DNA from: Gracilinanus agilis
Taxonomy: Eukaryota
Direction of reading: 5' to 3'
Assembly: GCF_016433145.1 (NCBI RefSeq)
Contig: NC_058133.1
Coordinates: 195,642,773 to 195,706,772, forward strand
Length of the DNA stretch: 64,000 bases
Under the pieces are notes generated by a model. The model was given only the letters and a program-made list of their open reading frames with translations, ran no database searches and was not told where the DNA came from. The position numbers and the translations under genes were made by a program. Below, piece by piece: positions 11,191 through 21,300 of the stretch (position 1 is the stretch's first letter; each line of letters opens with the position of its first letter).

Positions 11191-14099
11191 TGGATGAACC
11201 CTGCTAAATTTTTTTGTGTGTGTGCCTTTGTATGTGAGTTTTGAAGGGAGGAGAGCTGGAAAAAGTAGACTTTCTTATTTGTTAGGACACTTGGCTCATT
11301 TTATGCTTTTCTTTTTTAAAAATGTGGTAAAAAAAATAAATTAAATTAAAAGTGTGGTCAGCTGACCTGCCTTGGAAAGGAATCCCAGATGTCTCTAAAG
11401 TGGGTCTATTAGGTGCCTTCCTTCAGAGGGGGATGGATGGACATCCTGGAATAGTCAGAAATAAAAGTGATGGTGAAGAAGGTCTTACATTTTGTCTAGA
11501 TTTTAGGGGAGGGAAGGGGTCTATTTTTTAGAAGCTATTTATTGTCCACGATATAAGATGCCAATATCTTTGGTTCATTTACTTTTAGAAATAAACTTGG
11601 AAAAGTCTGCCTGTCTCAATGTGAAGGGGACAAAGGTAAGGTGGGTACAGGAGATGACAAAAGAATTTGAGCCTTCCTAGGGTCCCATGGAGAAAGTGAT
11701 GGATTTGACTCCCTTTGGGATTACAATACATGAGTATAGAGATCAGCTCTCTGGCTTCCCAAGCTTTCTCCCCTGTCCTGCTAACTTGTTTCATTTTTGA
11801 AAGGGCAGAAGAACCTGAGTAAACCACATGTTCCCTTCCCTGGCTTTCCTGTATAGTGCTCATGCTTGGATAAATGGGAACCAAGGCTGACATAAAGCAG
11901 AGCCATGATTTTGGTCTGCGTCTCTGTTAAACACCTGTTGAGGACATTGGTTCTACAACTAGAGGAGATAGTTGGAGATCCTGTGGTTATAGACTCATAA
12001 TAATAACAAAGAAGTCTGAAGTGGTCAAAGCCTTTTTACAACAACCCTTTGATGGCAAGTCCTGGGAGAAGGTATTATTATCCCCATTTTATAGATCAAG
12101 AAAATAAGGTTTGGATTTGTTAAATGATTTCCCTATTGGTCGCATAGTCTATGTCTGAGTAAGATACTAAAAAACAATAGATCGAGCTAGAAGATACCTT
12201 AGAAACCACCTACTAATCCTCACTGAACAACCAGGGAAACTGCCCAAGAGTGTGAAATGATTTGCCCAAGGGTCACTGGTGGTAGGCAGCAGACTAGGAA
12301 GGTAAGTTCAAAATCCTTGCTCTTTTTCCTTTGTTACATTCCCTCTGGTGGGGAGAGTCACACTCAGAGAGGAAGTGACTCTCCCCAGCTGATTCAAGCA
12401 GCTAGTGACAGCTGGGATATAAACCAAGATTCTCTATGTGTCCCATTCTGCCTCCCGTAGAGATGACTCCTCACCTATCAAGGGTCCCTAGGTCAGCAGC
12501 AATGTCCAGCAACCAAGAATGGATATGAGATTGAACTAACTCCAAAGGTCATAAACTTTAAATATGTAGCTGCAAAGGAGGCAGAAGACAGTTGAGGTCT
12601 GGGGTTAATTTTACTGGAACTTAGAAAGTCATAGAGATTCTCCTTAAACAAAGAAGGTGTGAAATGGAAGAGAGACCTGGAAGCAAAGGGTCCAGTCTTG
12701 AGGTGACTTGCCTCTGCCCAATCATATCCCCTCAAAAACATATACATGCAGGGGCAGCTAGGTGGCTTGGTTGACTGAGAGCCAGTCTTGGGTTCAAACC
12801 TGGCCTCAGCCATTTCCTAGCTATGTGACCCTGGGCAAGTCACTTAACTCCCATTTCATAGTCCTTACTGTCCTTCTGTCTTGGAACTGTTGTGAGGAAG
12901 ATTAGTTAGTAATAGTGTTGGACCTAGCAGGAAGGGCTGGAGGATTCCAAGTAGGAATGAAGGAGCAGGAAGTAGGGCTTGTGCTCTGAGAGAGACTCCA
13001 TTAGTGGTTGGCACAAACTGTTGCTAGCCCTGGGAGATCTCAGAGTTAAGGACACCCTGCATCCTGATTCCCGGGGATCCTGAGTGGTGGTGGCTTTCAG
13101 CAAGTGGACAAGACCTGCAGAGCTCCACCAAGTGGAGGAGGGATTTGGGATCTGGTGGACAGCATCTCAAGCACACTCTCTCTACTTGGGTATCTTGGAC
13201 CACCTTGGCTTTTGGCATCCTGTGATCATCTTTGGATTACCATGAGAACCCTCAAAGCCACCCTCAGGCCCTTTAGCTGTGCTGGTCAAACCTGGCTGGA
13301 ACCAGGTTTGAAACAGCCTCCCAGTGACTCCAGTACTGCTCCTTTGAGCCCTGCCTGGCCTAGGTCAATTAGAATTAGAGTAGACAAGTCCTCCCCTTGC
13401 CCCTGTGATTTGCCCTTTAGGTTTTTAAGTGCAGAATTCCCTATCCCACCTTTATTTAGTTAATCATAATTAAACAGTTAAAAACCTTTACCTTGCCTGC
13501 TGGTTCCAAAGACCCTGGTCTAGGGTGAGCAGGGTGACCATTGGGGCCAGCTGCCATTCTTGATTCTTGGTCTCCCTATCCTGGCTGGTCCTGTCTCTCC
13601 TTCAACCTAGTGTGTGTACCCACAAACCATTAGGTCACATTTTACATACCTGGTGCCCCACCTTTTTTACAGAACCAATATGTAATATTGATTCTAAAAT
13701 GGTAGGCAAAGGTTTAAAAAAAATACACATGTGAGGCACTAAGTAGTTTAGTGGATAGAAAACAAGGTCTTGAGAAAGGAGGTCCTGGGTTCAAATTTGA
13801 TCTCAGATACTTCTTAGCTGTGTGACCCTGGACAAGTCATTTAATCCCACTTGTCTAACTTCTACCACAATTCTGTCTTGGAACCTACCCATTTTAAGGC
13901 AGAATGTAAGGGTTTCAAAAAATATACACATGTTGTCTGAAAAACAACCCATAGAGAAAATGCCTACTTCTATTGCATTTGGCCCATTACAACTCATGGG
14001 GACTGAAGCTCCAGTATTTGTTGTAGAGTGGCAAGGAAGTGGGGGTGATAGGAAAGAGAAGAGGGAGTCAGTTTAGTGAATAGACTCTGCTCTTTCAAC

Positions 14100-14640
14100 A
14101 TGAACTTGCAGACCTATGAGCAAGGCAAGGAAAGAGGAAAGGACTAAAGAAAAAAGAAAAGGAGGAAGAAAAAAAAGGGTGAAGGGAGAAAGTAAGAAAA
14201 AGGGGAAAGGAGAGAGAGACAGAGAGACGGAGAGTGAATGTGAGTGTTGGAGACAGAGAAAGATAGAAACAGAGATAGAAAGAGATAGACAGGGATAAAG
14301 ACAGAGAGACAGAGAGAAAACATAAGACTAGGCCTTAAGAAGAGAGGAGGAGAGAGACAGACAGAGGCAGACAGACAGAGAGACAGAGAGTGAATGTAAG
14401 TGTTCGAGACAGAGAAAGATAGAAACAGAGATGAAGACAGAGGGACAGAAACAGAGACAAAGATAGACAGAGACAGAGACAGACAGGGATAGAGACAGAG
14501 AGAATATATAAGCCTGGGCCTTAAGAACAGAGGGGGGGAAAGATGACAGAGACAGAGACAGGGGAAGGAAGGGAGGAAGGAGAAAAGGAAGGGAGAAAGG
14601 GAGGAAGGGAGCAAAGGAGGAAGGGAGGGAGGAAAGAAAT
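14100..14640. repeat. Complex purine-rich (AG/AGAC) repeat with an internal ~190-nt tandem duplication
   Basis: gagagtgaatgt(g/a)agtgtt(g/c)gagacagagaaagatagaaacagagat...ggccttaagaa occurs twice (~14230-14340 and ~14385-14530). Confidence 0.8.
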
Positions 14641-15049
14641 AAATTCTCAGAAGAGGGAATTTACTGATAGGCTTTCTGTGTGGGTTTGGAGGCAGAGAGA
14701 GGCAGGTTTAAAATTGGGCCAGAGGCTGCCGAGAAAGATGAAGCCGATTCAATCTGCATAAAGAAGTTGATTGAGGGAACTATCTGTTATTGCCAGCACA
14801 GGGATAGAAGAACCCCAAAGGCCCAGCCGCCAGTCCTTCTCCTCCGCAAAGCCAGAAAGACTATGCCACTTTCAGCCAGTCGGAGGAGCAGCGAGAGAGA
14901 CAGCCGTCCCTCCTGCATTTCATTCTCCACTAACCCAGGTCGGGCGACTGTCGTGCAGTCATTTAAGGCTACAGCTGCTGGGAGGCAAATGCCCTGACAG
15001 TCAGAGGGGAAGCGGGAAGCTTCCAGGGCTTCCCACTCGGTTGCCCACT

Positions 15050-15528
15050 CCTTACCAGTTGGAGAGTCCGGAAGACTCGCTCTCAAGTCAGGTTGATGTA
15101 CCGCGGTGCCTAAGGACAAGAAGCCGGGAGCTGCGAGGAGCGCAGTGCAAGGCCGCTACGTCTACTAGCTCGAGCCGGGATCCCTGTTGGACGCCGGAGG
15201 AGCTGACAAAGACTGCAGAGGCGGCTACGACTGGGCACAGGACGTCGCCTACCCAGGATTCTCGATGGTGCTCGTGGGCACCCAGTCAGCCACCAGCCGG
15301 GGCCGCTTCCAGCCCGCCAGTGCCTATCCTGACACTGTAGACGTGGTGGGTGGAATGGATCACCAGGACTACCAGCTCTTTCCTAGTTCCAAAGCGAATC
15401 TGTCCTACGGATCCAGGAACACCAAATGATTTCTCTTGAAGACAGAGATCGCTTTCTCCGGAAAACCATTCCTTGTGGCTCAGGTTCTATAGGCAGCAGA
15501 ACGAAAAGATCCTTACCAAGTAAGGCAG
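15050..15528 (+). pseudogene. T-box copy 2 exon 1
   Basis: Reads QGRYVY*LEPG (versus TBX21 QHRYFYPEPG) ...IAFSGK, then a ~20-nt deletion, then HSLWLRFYRQQNEKILTK*GR|gtaagt (donor 15529). Stops at 15166, 15427 and 15521. The 5' limit is approximate. Confidence 0.85.
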
Positions 15529-15961
15529 GTAAGTGGATGGCTGTGGAGTGAGAGGTCTGAATCTTCCAGGAGCTCCAGACGGAATCTCCCTTTCTTAAGC
15601 GTTGCTCAAGCTCACTACTAGGAGCTGGGGTATGGCACTTCCACTTGGCTTCTCTTTTTAGCGTCTGTGATTTAGAAGAGGCTTGTCAAGTTCTAGATAC
15701 TCCTTTTAAGATCCTCTTCTCTCCTGGCCTGTCCTCTCTTCTCTCTTCTCTCTTCTCTCTTCTCTCTTTTCTCCTCTCCTCAGGCATCCTCTCCCTCCCA
15801 CCCACCACCCACCTCTCTCTTCCCTCTTTCTCTTTTTAGTGACAAATGGAAGTGAGTGGATACTAACACAATATTGGAAATAGCATTTACAGTAGACAGT
15901 GCTTCTTCCAATTAAGGGTTTCTATTGTGGGGAAAGAAAAAAAAGCCTTGCAACTTTTTTT

Positions 15962-16156
15962 TTTTAACCCTTATCTTCCTTCTTGGAGTCAATACTGTGT
16001 ATTGGCTCCAAGGCAGAAGAGTGGTAAGGGTGGGCAATGGGGGTCAAGTGACTTTCCCAGGGTCACACAGCTGGGAAGTGTCTGAGGCCAGATTTGAACC
16101 TAGGACCTCCCATCTCTAGGCCTGGCTCTCCATCCACTGAGCTATCCAGCTGCCGG
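15962..16156 (-). mobile_element. SINE1_MD-like SINE
   Basis: Reverse complement of the same SINE consensus, with T-tail. Confidence 0.85.
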
Positions 16157-16879
16157 CCCCCCCCCCCCCCCCCGCAACTTATTGATGATTGTTTAGTAAA
16201 AAAAAGTGTTTAGCACAAGTTTTTTTCCAGTGGATATTTGCTTTGAGAAAGCAGAATTCAGGAATGGTCTAAATGTCTAAGAAACTTTCCATTGTTTATT
16301 GGAAATTTTGAATCTTTCATTGTACAATCTTTATTGGGCCCTTAAAAACAAACAAACAAAAAAACAAAAAAACAACAACCCTTATCTTCCATCTTAGAAT
16401 CGATATCAGATCCAAGGCAGAAAAGCAGTAAAAGCTAGGCAATTGGGATTGTGACTTGCTCAAGAGTCACACAGCTAGGAAGTGTCTGAGGTCAGATTTT
16501 AACCGAGGACCTCATCATTTTAGGCCTGGCTCTCTATCCAGCTGCCCCTAGTAAACTTTAATCACCTTCATCAAAGTCAGGGAACAGGACTGACATTTCT
16601 TACCTCATCATCCAAGGTAGGAGATGGGGAAGACCATAGATCTGACACTAAGCAGACAAGTTACTTTCTCTCTATACATTATTGTTCATCTGCAATAAGG
16701 AGAAGACTTCTAAAATCTCTTCCAGTGATGAGATTCTGTAGGCCTTTAGGGAGTTTAGGTTTCTCTAGGATGGAAATATTTATTAAATTGAAAAAGCATC
16801 CTTTTATGTTTTGTAAGTCTTTATAAACAATTTGAATTATTATTTTTATTTTTTCAGATTACAAGTTGATACAATTTAT

Positions 16880-17935
16880 TTTTATTTTTATTTTTGTGTA
16901 AGTCTTTATTTAATTAATTAATTTAGAATATTTTTTCCATGGTTACATGATTCATGTTCTTTCCCTTCTCTCCTCCCTCCCCACTCCTGGAGTCGACCAG
17001 CAATTCCACTGGGTTTTACATGTGATACAATTTTTAATAATCATTTTCTGAACTGTTTGCAATCTATGTTCTTTCCCTCCTTCCCACCCCTGCCCCCTCC
17101 TGAGGAAGACAAGTAATATGCTATAGGTAGAGTATCATATAGCACTTATTTCCATGTTTATCCTGTCAGGAAAAAGGCATTTATTGTTTACACTAGAGAA
17201 AAGTTAATGGAGGAAATAAAGTGAAGAATGTTATGCTTCAATCTGCACTTGGACTCCATCTGTTCCTTCTGTGGCAGTAGATATCCTTTTTCATTATGAG
17301 TCCCTGGATGCTGTCTTGTTGACAATGATCCTTATCTTGTTGACAATAGTTAACTCAATCACAGTTATCATTATGCATTATTGTTGTTACTGTGTACAAC
17401 ATTCTCCTGGTTCTACTCACTTCACTTTGCATCTTTCCAGGATTTTTTTGTGATTGCCTTGTTTGTTATCTCTTATGGCACAATAGTATTCCATTGCGAT
17501 CATATACCATGACCTGTTCAGCTGTTCTCCAATCTCTTTTGGTTCCAGTTCTTTGCCACCACAAAAAGAACTGCTATAAATATTTTGGTACACATAGGTC
17601 TTTTTATTTAACCTACAGACCATAATAGTGGTATTGATAGGTTGAAGGGTATGCACAGTTTTATGGCTTTTTGAGCATAGTTCCAGATTGTCCTCCAGAA
17701 TGGTTGTATCAGTTTGTCATTCCACCAACAGTGTATTAGTGTCTGAACTTTTCCATATCCCCTCCAATATTTATCATTTTCCATTTTAGTCCTTTTAGCC
17801 AGTCTGATAGGTGTGAAGTAGTACTTCAAAGTTATTTAATTTGCATTTCTCAAATTAATAGTGATTTAGAGTATTTTCACATATGATTAGTTTTAATTTC
17901 TTCATCTGAGAATTGCCTATTCATTTCCTTCGACC
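16880..17935 (-). mobile_element. L1 fragment (ORF2 C-terminus and 3' UTR)
   Basis: ORF 17608-17829 MKYYFTPIRLAK..CWWNDKLIQPFWRTIW..IPFNLSIPLL matches the L1 ORF2 C-terminal region; the 3' UTR follows. Confidence 0.85.
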
Positions 17936-18330
17936 ATCTGTCAACTGGAGAATGCTTTGTAAAGAAGTGGGCAAAAACGTTTCCATTGACACATGCTCCC
18001 TTCCCCTGGGACATATGCTATTGGACCTCTTCTTCCCATTCACAGCTTCTCTCTCCCTCCACTTGGACTGCTCTTGGCCAAACCCCCATCACTAGTATCC
18101 ACAGACCTCTCTGTTTTTCTATGCCAACTTGGGCTTGAAAATTGATGCATTGTAATTTTTAAAATTTCCCAATTAGGATTTAGGTCTGGTACACTTTTTA
18201 GATTTATTTGGAGGAGTTTAAGGGAGGGGGCAGGGGTCTCTCTAGTGCTTCCTACTGCTCTTCCATCATAGCTCTACTTTTTAATGGTATGACCTATAAG
18301 ATGTCTTTCCCCCCCCTCCTCTCTCCTCAG

Positions 18331-18790
18331 GATGCCTTACAGCTGTAGAATTCAGTGCCAACACCTTCTCTGAACCAGCTCCTGATGACTAGATTTATCC
18401 CTTAGAACTAAAAGAGAGCTGACCAAGACAGAGACAAGGTGTTTTGGACTCCCTGGCATTTTATCCAGGTCCCTAACCCACCCTTGTAGGATGCCTATGA
18501 CTCTTCTCACAACAACAGCACTTTGACCTGGATGACATGAACTCTGGACTTCTGCCCTCCATTTCTATAGCTGCCATACTTCACGACTCCAGACCGGATG
18601 CTCTGGTCCCACTATGGAAGTGACCCACTTCCTTTTCATGGAACTCCATGGACAACAGTATGAACTGTCTCCAATCTATACCCTCAAAGGCCATAGACCC
18701 TATCACTGAAGCCAGGAAGAGAAAGGCTTCACAAAGAACTCTGACTTATGCCTGCACTGGGTGAAGGAGATCCTATGGATGCAAGGTGTT
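18331..18790 (+). pseudogene. TBX21 exon 6-like copy C
   Basis: Acceptor ctctcctcag. Reads FDLDDMNSGLLPSISIAAILHDSRPDALVPLWK and ALGEGD, versus TBX21 FRAVSMKPAFLPSAPGPTMSYYRGQEVLAPGAGW and GLGEGD. Many stops. Confidence 0.75.
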
Positions 18791-19617
18791 CAGTATGGAG
18801 AACCAGGGAACAAGAGAACAAGTAGGGATTTACTGGGTCACCTTGACTGATCAACCATAGAAATGTTTATCTCTTGGTTCTCAGGTTGAGGTGCCCTCTC
18901 TTGGGTGCCAAATTAACCCAATCAATCCCTTTCTCTCGGGCATCCCATCTCCCTCCTTCTTTATACCTTCTTTCTACTCCCTCTCCTCCCCACCTCCTAG
19001 CACCTTTCCCAACCTATTCCTCCCTTCTTATCTTTTCTCTTATTACAATTCCCCCGTCTTCTTTGCCTGGGCCTGTCCATATATTCTTCTGGCTCTAGTT
19101 CTAAATGATTCTGCTCCAAGCCTCATAGAAACCAGAGACATCTGCTTCTACCCGAAGTTCACATAATGAACCCCTTCAATAGGGAGAATCCAAGTTCATG
19201 GAGCCCCAGAAATCCCAGTTTAGATTTAAACACTTCTTAGTGCCTTAGTCACTTCTCTTCCTCCTTATATCTGCTTTTCTGGAAATTAATAAAAGGAATG
19301 GTGTCCCTTCATACTCCTCCCTGACCACAACCACCTTTCCCTGGTGCTGCTTCCAAGGTTGTACTTTGCTTATTTTGGATGCCTGTGTGTGGATGCTGAG
19401 GGGACATGAGCCCTAGGCAGATGGTAAGATAGGTAGGCCCTAGGAGAAGACTTGGAATAATTAAAATATTCTCCTGCTCTCACTTTTCAGCTGAAGTAAC
19501 TAAAGCGACTTCCTTAAGGTCACCCAATGTGCAAAAACTGGTCTGGTTTTCCCAGAGGAAAATTCTAGATTTCCAAAGAGAAGACTGTCCTGATCCTACT
19601 GGCTCCTTTTTCTCTGG

Positions 19618-19679
19618 ATCACACAGGTAAAAATCTACTACAATTCCTTTGTCAAAGGCCATAGAGAACACTTTCATTC
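19618..19679 (+). pseudogene. T-box exon 5 copy D
   Basis: Reads ITQVKIYYNSFVKGHREHFHS, versus ITQLKIDNNPFAKGFRENFES. The acceptor AG is mutated to GG and the donor is displaced. Confidence 0.88.
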
Positions 19680-19915
19680 TGGAGAAGGCTTTGGATGCAT
19701 AAGTACTGGTGGGACTCAGCTCCTGTTTTGTGTCTCTATTCCTTTATCCACCAGACTCCAAGTGTTTTGGATGGTACCATTCAGTCTTGCCAAGTCCTCT
19801 CTACATTCTCCCAGGACTTTGTGTGGTAAGGTTGTGGAGAGAGAGAAAAGAAATTGCTTAGATAAGGAGCAGGCTTGGAGCTCTGAAGCTAGAGTGCAGA
19901 GATTAGATTCTAGGG

Positions 19916-20334
19916 CAGTGATGGCAAACCAAAGATGGCACACAAGAGCACTCTCTCTGGGCATGCGTGCTGCTACACCCCCCTTCCCCAGAAAGGCAGA
20001 GGGACTTGGGCAGAGCTGCTCCCTTCTCCCTTTCCACTGGGCCTGATGACATTTTTTCACATCCTCTACTCCTCTGCCCAGCAGCCCAATGGGAGCACAC
20101 AGGGAGTAAAATGGGCAGTACAGAAGCAGCAGAGATGGAGGGGAGTTGAGCACTTGGGTCACTCCCTTCCCTCTCTCTACACTGGCAGAGGACATTCCTC
20201 ACTTCACCTGCCCCTCTGCCCAGCAGCCCAGTGAGAGCGCTTCCTCCCTCCCTTGTGTGAGGTAAGGGGGAGGGCAAGCCAGCACCTGGTGAGGGGGGCA
20301 TGGCACGTAGTCTCTAAAAGGTTCACCATCACTG
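19916..20334. mobile_element. hAT-type MITE (family A)
   Basis: TIRs cagtgatggcaaacc / ggttcaccatcactg; perfect 8-bp TSD ttctaggg on both sides. Confidence 0.85.
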
Positions 20335-20599
20335 TTCTAGGGTCAACAAGGTGGCTCAGTAGATAAAAAGCCAGGCCTGGAGACAGGAGGTCTTGGTTCA
20401 AATCTGGTCCCAGACACTTCCTAGCTATTTGACTGTGGGCAAGTTACTTAACCCTAATTGCCTACCCCTTATTGCTCTTTTGCCTTGAAACTGATACTTG
20501 GTGTTGATTTCAAAACAGAAGGTAAGGGTTTAAAAAAATTTCTATGAGGTTGGATGAATTCTAATTTCATTCCCCCTCCCCCCACTCCTCTCTCCTCAG

Positions 20600-21300
20600 G
20601 GTGACTTACAGATGTAGAATACAGTGCTTATACCTCCCCATAACCAGTGTCTGATGACTAGAACTACCCACTAAGTAAAGAGGATACCTGAGAAGACAAG
20701 GATAAGTTCTGGACTCCCTGATATTTTATCCAGATCCCCTGGCCACCTTTGGCAGATACCTATGACTCAACTCACAGCAGCGCCATTCTTCCCTTTAACT
20801 TGGATGGCATAAACCTTGGTCTTCTGCCCTCCACTTCTCCACCTGCCATGTCCTATGACCCCAGACAGAATGCTTTGGTCCCATTATGGAAGTGGTCCAC
20901 TACCCTTTCATGGAAGTCCAAGGGCAACAGTTTAGACCAGGGATTCCCAAAGTGGGTGACACCACCCCCTGGTGGGTGCTGCAGCGATCCAGAGGGGCAG
21001 TGATGGCCACAGGTGCATTTATCTTTTCTATTAACTGCTATTAAAATTTTAAAAATTTAATTTCCAGGGGGCTAAGTAACATTTTTTTCTGGAAAGGGGG
21101 CAGTAGGCCAAAAAAGTTTGGGAACCACTGGTGTAGACTATCTCCAGTCTGTACCCCCAAAACCCATGGACCCTGTCACTGAAACCCTGTAGGAGGAAAG
21201 ACTTCAAAAGAAGCTCTAGTCCTATACCTCTAAGTCTGATTCTTATGTCTTAGCTGTTTGAAAGAGATATCCCAAATTGAGAAAAGGAGTATTTACTTTG
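20600..21300 (+). pseudogene. TBX21 exon 6-like copy D, interrupted by a hAT MITE
   Basis: Acceptor ctctcctcag. ORF 20749 contains LLPSTSPPAMSYDPRQNALVPLWKW (versus FLPSAPGPTMSYYRGQEVLAPGAGW). KPMDP follows the insertion at 20938-21130. Confidence 0.78.
20938..21130. mobile_element. hAT/Charlie-type MITE inserted in exon 6 copy D
   Basis: TIRs cagggattcccaaa / tttgggaaccactg; 8-bp TSD gtttagac / gtgtagac. Confidence 0.85.

Larger units (their letters stand above)
1253..11200 (+). pseudogene. TBX21 (T-bet)-like T-box gene, copy 1, disrupted; six-exon architecture plus duplicated exon 5/6 module
   Basis: Exons with splice sites in TBX21-type order: E1 ~1253-1764, E2 6473-6630, E3-like 7084-7197, E4 7449-7603, E5 8717-~8788, E6 9042-~9500, E5' 10366-10427, E6' 10695-~11190. 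Translations match T-box motifs (FSGKFRMVLCSHSLWLKF..ETIVTKKG|QQMFPFL; MIILRSCHKYQPKLHI; FIAVTKYQNSE|ILQLKIQYNSFANKF). Stops and frameshifts occur in E1, E3, E4 and E6. Confidence 0.88.

Noticed and set aside
14144-14614. 156-aa Leu/Ser/Phe-rich ORF that looks like a membrane protein
   Set aside because: Translation of a (CT/CTGT)n low-complexity tract.
14771-15429. ORFs 14771-15340 (+), 14787-15119 (-) and 15187-15429 (+) as novel proteins (including an apparent RTKR furin site near 15500)
   Set aside because: They are explained as GC-rich promoter/exon 1 sequence of the TBX21-like copy 2. The RTKRSLP reading is an alternative frame of ...NEKILTK*GR.
8500-21300. CRISPR-like or protocadherin-style alternative terminal exon array
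   Set aside because: This is eukaryotic DNA with no short regular repeats or spacers. All four exon 6 modules contain stops and the exon 5 splice sites are mutated, so decayed duplication is more parsimonious than a functional cassette array.
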